A program made the translations under genes and the position numbers. From Lama glama (taxonomy: Eukaryota): DNA of 64,000 nt. Where the stretch lies: assembly GCA_028534125.1 (NCBI GenBank), contig CM052818.1:40426001-40490000 (forward strand), given 5' to 3'. The first letter of the stretch is position 1, and each line of letters begins with the position of its first letter. Below, piece by piece: positions 61,184 to 64,000 of the stretch. Below the pieces are notes generated by a model that saw nothing but the letters and a program-made list of their open reading frames with translations, searched no databases and had not been told where the DNA came from.

Positions 61184-61839
61184 AAAAAAATTTTTTTAAA
61201 TATTTATTTTGTAAAATATTCACTGTGGTTTTCTTTAAGTAACTAAATCTTGTAGTGCATTAACTTTGATTAGAATAGATTTTCATGAATAACATTAACT
61301 GCTCAGAGCACTGTCACATGAATGTACCCAAATGCATGAAATCATTGTATTAATTGGAAGAGTACAGACTGATAGGTAATTTATAAATGTCATTTACAAT
61401 TAATTGCAAAAATATAATTAAACTTGACATGAATCTTGATTTACCCACCAATACAATGATGGAGTTCGACCAGGTCAGTGCTTTGCACCATGGTGGGAGC
61501 TGCAGAATCCTGTGTACATCCAATATGTGGAGCAGCAATCAGCAAAGCTACAGTGGCTGAAAGGAGATAAAGGAGATCCTGAGGGCTGGACTTGGTGACC
61601 GCTGATATCCTAGGAGTCTATGCTTTGGGAAGGACGAAGCTGGAGTATGTAATCTCTACTGAAACTCCATGAGAGCTCTCAGAACCATACTGTAACAAGA
61701 GCTGATCTTCAAATAACATTTTCCTGAGGTCCAGTGGCCTTGGAGCATCCATGCCCAGAAGCTACAATATTCCTATTGAGCCAGGCCTTCGGTGGAACTC
61801 AGAGGACTTGTCAGATGACAAAGATCTTATGACTTCTAT

Positions 61840-62020
61840 ATCCTCACATTTACACCCCCCAAGATACTGTGGCATAAATATTATTACCCTCATTTTACAG
61901 ATAAGAAAACAAATGCCCAGAGAGTCTAGAAAGATTTTTCAGTCACCCAGTTAACAAGCATGGGGGCTGGATTTGAAGTCAAATCTGTCCAATACCAGAG
62001 CCATTTACTGTACCACAAAT
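61840..62020 (-). mobile_element. MIR
   Basis: tattattaccctcattttacagataagaaaac...cccagagag...ctggatttgaa. Confidence 0.85.
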
Positions 62021-62289
62021 AGCGCCTTTCCCCGGAGTATCAACACGTCATTAGTTTTATAATCTCACCATCCATGTTTCCATTGCCCTATTTTCCTAAC
62101 TATGCCAGCAATAAATCCTGTTCATCTTCATGTTCCTGCTGAAACTAACTTCTTACAAAGCACCCTCCTGTTCCCACCATCACTCTTCTAAAAGCTCCAT
62201 TTTTTCTTTAAGTCCTGCCTTCTCTTTAGAACATGCCTTTGGCTACTTTAAACCTCAAGAATCTGTCATCTCTGGATTGGCGTACACAG

Positions 62290-62600
62290 GGGATATCCAG
62301 ACAGAGCTTGATATCCAGGAAGCAGGTGGATACAGAGAGCTGAAGCTCTTTGCAGAGGCAAGACTGGAGATAAAGACTTGACATAATCATTGTACAGGTA
62401 GTAGTTAAAATTCTGCATGTAAATGAGGTTATGTAGAAAGAGTACGTGGGAAACAAGAGAAGTGAGTCTATTAAGGGATCCAAAAGAACACCAATTTTTC
62501 AGGAATGGGTACCAATTATACCTCAACAAAACTGGAGGGAAAAAGGGACTGGTGAAGAAAGAATTGTCAGGGAAAGAGGCTAAGAAGGAATTTTGAAAAA
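62290..62600 (-). mobile_element. L2 fragment
   Basis: gatatccaggaagcaggtggatac...ctggagataaagacttg...aggtagtagttaaa...aagaacaccaatttt. Confidence 0.75.
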
Positions 62601-64000
62601 GTAGTAACAGCAGAGACAAAAGAAAGAAGGGTTCCTAGGCATTTATCTTTCTTCTTCCACATGATAGATGTTTAAACTTGTTACCATTCTTCTCAACTTG
62701 AGCACCACATCTGTACAACTCTAGGGGCTACCATTTATGTAACATGCAATGTCAATGGACACTTCAAGAATAGTATGGCTCCCCAAGTCCTTTTTCCATT
62801 TGACCTCAAGGTCAGCTGGGAAACTTTTTTTTTTAATCCACAGGAAATATCAAGAAGGAGCTTCTATACCATATCTTCCTTTCACTATCACCTCAAAATC
62901 TTCATCCACCTTGACCCTAGGATTCTTTTGGATTATTTGCATGTCATGGAATCTATCTTCTCTATTAATGATCTCCCAATGGTGTAATCCAGTCCCACAC
63001 TCGGTTTGAACATAAATTTTATACTTATAGGAACAGATGAAAAAATGCAATGTCGATCCACCCCTAACAGTCATTTCTACAAAGGTGCTTTGTTAACTCA
63101 TTTAGGATTTGCCATGACTCGGGGATATTTCATCTATTGTAATAATAAAATGTTCAAAAGTATCATCAAATAGAGAACCCAGCATGTGCTCTCTATGAAG
63201 AGATGTTCCCTTAAAGATGCAGCTCTTAATGCACAGTGTAAAATGCTTGTAACTTTTATTATGTCTTAGATGAAAAACATGTCTTACCGCATACCAGAGT
63301 AACAGACGTCAACTCACTTTTCAAATTGGGAACAGCTTTTCATTTTGTTCTATTCAACAATCTCTGGGTCCTAATTCAGCTCTTCCCTCCCTCCATCCTA
63401 CCTCCCACTACTGCTGCCTTCGTCTTTGCTCCAGCAAAACAACGTCCCAAACTGCTTTTTCAAAGACACTAATGTGCAAGGTGACAGAGGAAGCCTTCCA
63501 AGATTGGAATCTACTGGGCTCTCTCTCCTTTTATGCAGTAAGAATACAGGAGAGGAACTCATTGGTGAAATATTTACTACCTCAACACTGCTGATTGAAC
63601 ACAATCCACAGGAAACCCAGATGTCCAGAGTAGCAGATCAGAGCGGGGAAATTAGGCGGCTATAGAGCCAAATTTTGATTTCTAGTCTCGTGTGTAAGAA
63701 AAAAAATGACGATCTGCTGTGCTATTAAAACCCCAAATGGAAGCATCCATCATAATCCTCTTCCAAGTGCCACTTCTTTATTTACTGATGATTAGTAAAA
63801 CAAGTTCATTCTTTATCAAGTTGAAATATAACTGAGAGTTTAGATATGATTTCAGGTGGTAAGTAATTGATAGCAAAGGGTTTTTGGAGTACGTATTAAG
63901 TCAATTGGTAAATTTTAGTCCTTGGAGGAGAAATGCTAGATCTCATTTCACTTTATAACTGAACACAAACTTTGAACCAAATACTACTCATATCTGTTTG

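Noticed and set aside
62749..63074. Three overlapping open frames as a coding exon
   Set aside because: No recognisable peptide in any frame and no convincing donor
1..64000. Supplied six-frame ORFs as genes
   Set aside because: All are 156 aa or shorter, overlap on both strands, often lie in repeats and resemble no protein I recognise; this is the expected background in mammalian non-coding DNA
1..64000. CRISPR array, operon or other prokaryotic system
   Set aside because: No regularly spaced repeats with spacers and no gene-dense regions; the sequence is mammalian

Overview
This is mammalian, not prokaryotic, DNA: AT-rich, CpG-depleted and dense in interspersed repeats. A tRNA-Ala-derived Vic-1-type SINE (61061-61183) and the L1 3' ends point to a camelid (camel/alpaca/llama). 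I found no supportable protein-coding gene, RNA gene, CpG island or CRISPR array. The supplied ORFs look like chance or repeat-derived frames, so the window is intergenic or deep intronic. Much of it is old transposon sequence (MIR, L2, L1M, MaLR/ERVL/ERV1 LTRs, hAT and Tc1/mariner elements), often nested. The most unusual object is a 353-bp element (22519-22871, minus strand) with a perfect 15-bp target-site duplication (TSD). In it, the first ~164 nt of an L1 5'UTR are fused to the last ~189 nt of an L1 3'UTR, at a point that follows an AG in two other L1 copies in the window. It is a candidate spliced, ORF-less, non-autonomous L1 derivative. Also notable: three twin-primed (5'-inverted) L1s, an LTR inverted inside a same-family LTR, a MaLR provirus retaining its internal region, a perfect CTCF core, a perfect CLEAR/USF palindrome, nested AT-rich palindromes and a 191-bp purine microsatellite. 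Repeat family names come from recalled consensus sequences, not a database search. Old-repeat boundaries are approximate (about +/-30 bp).
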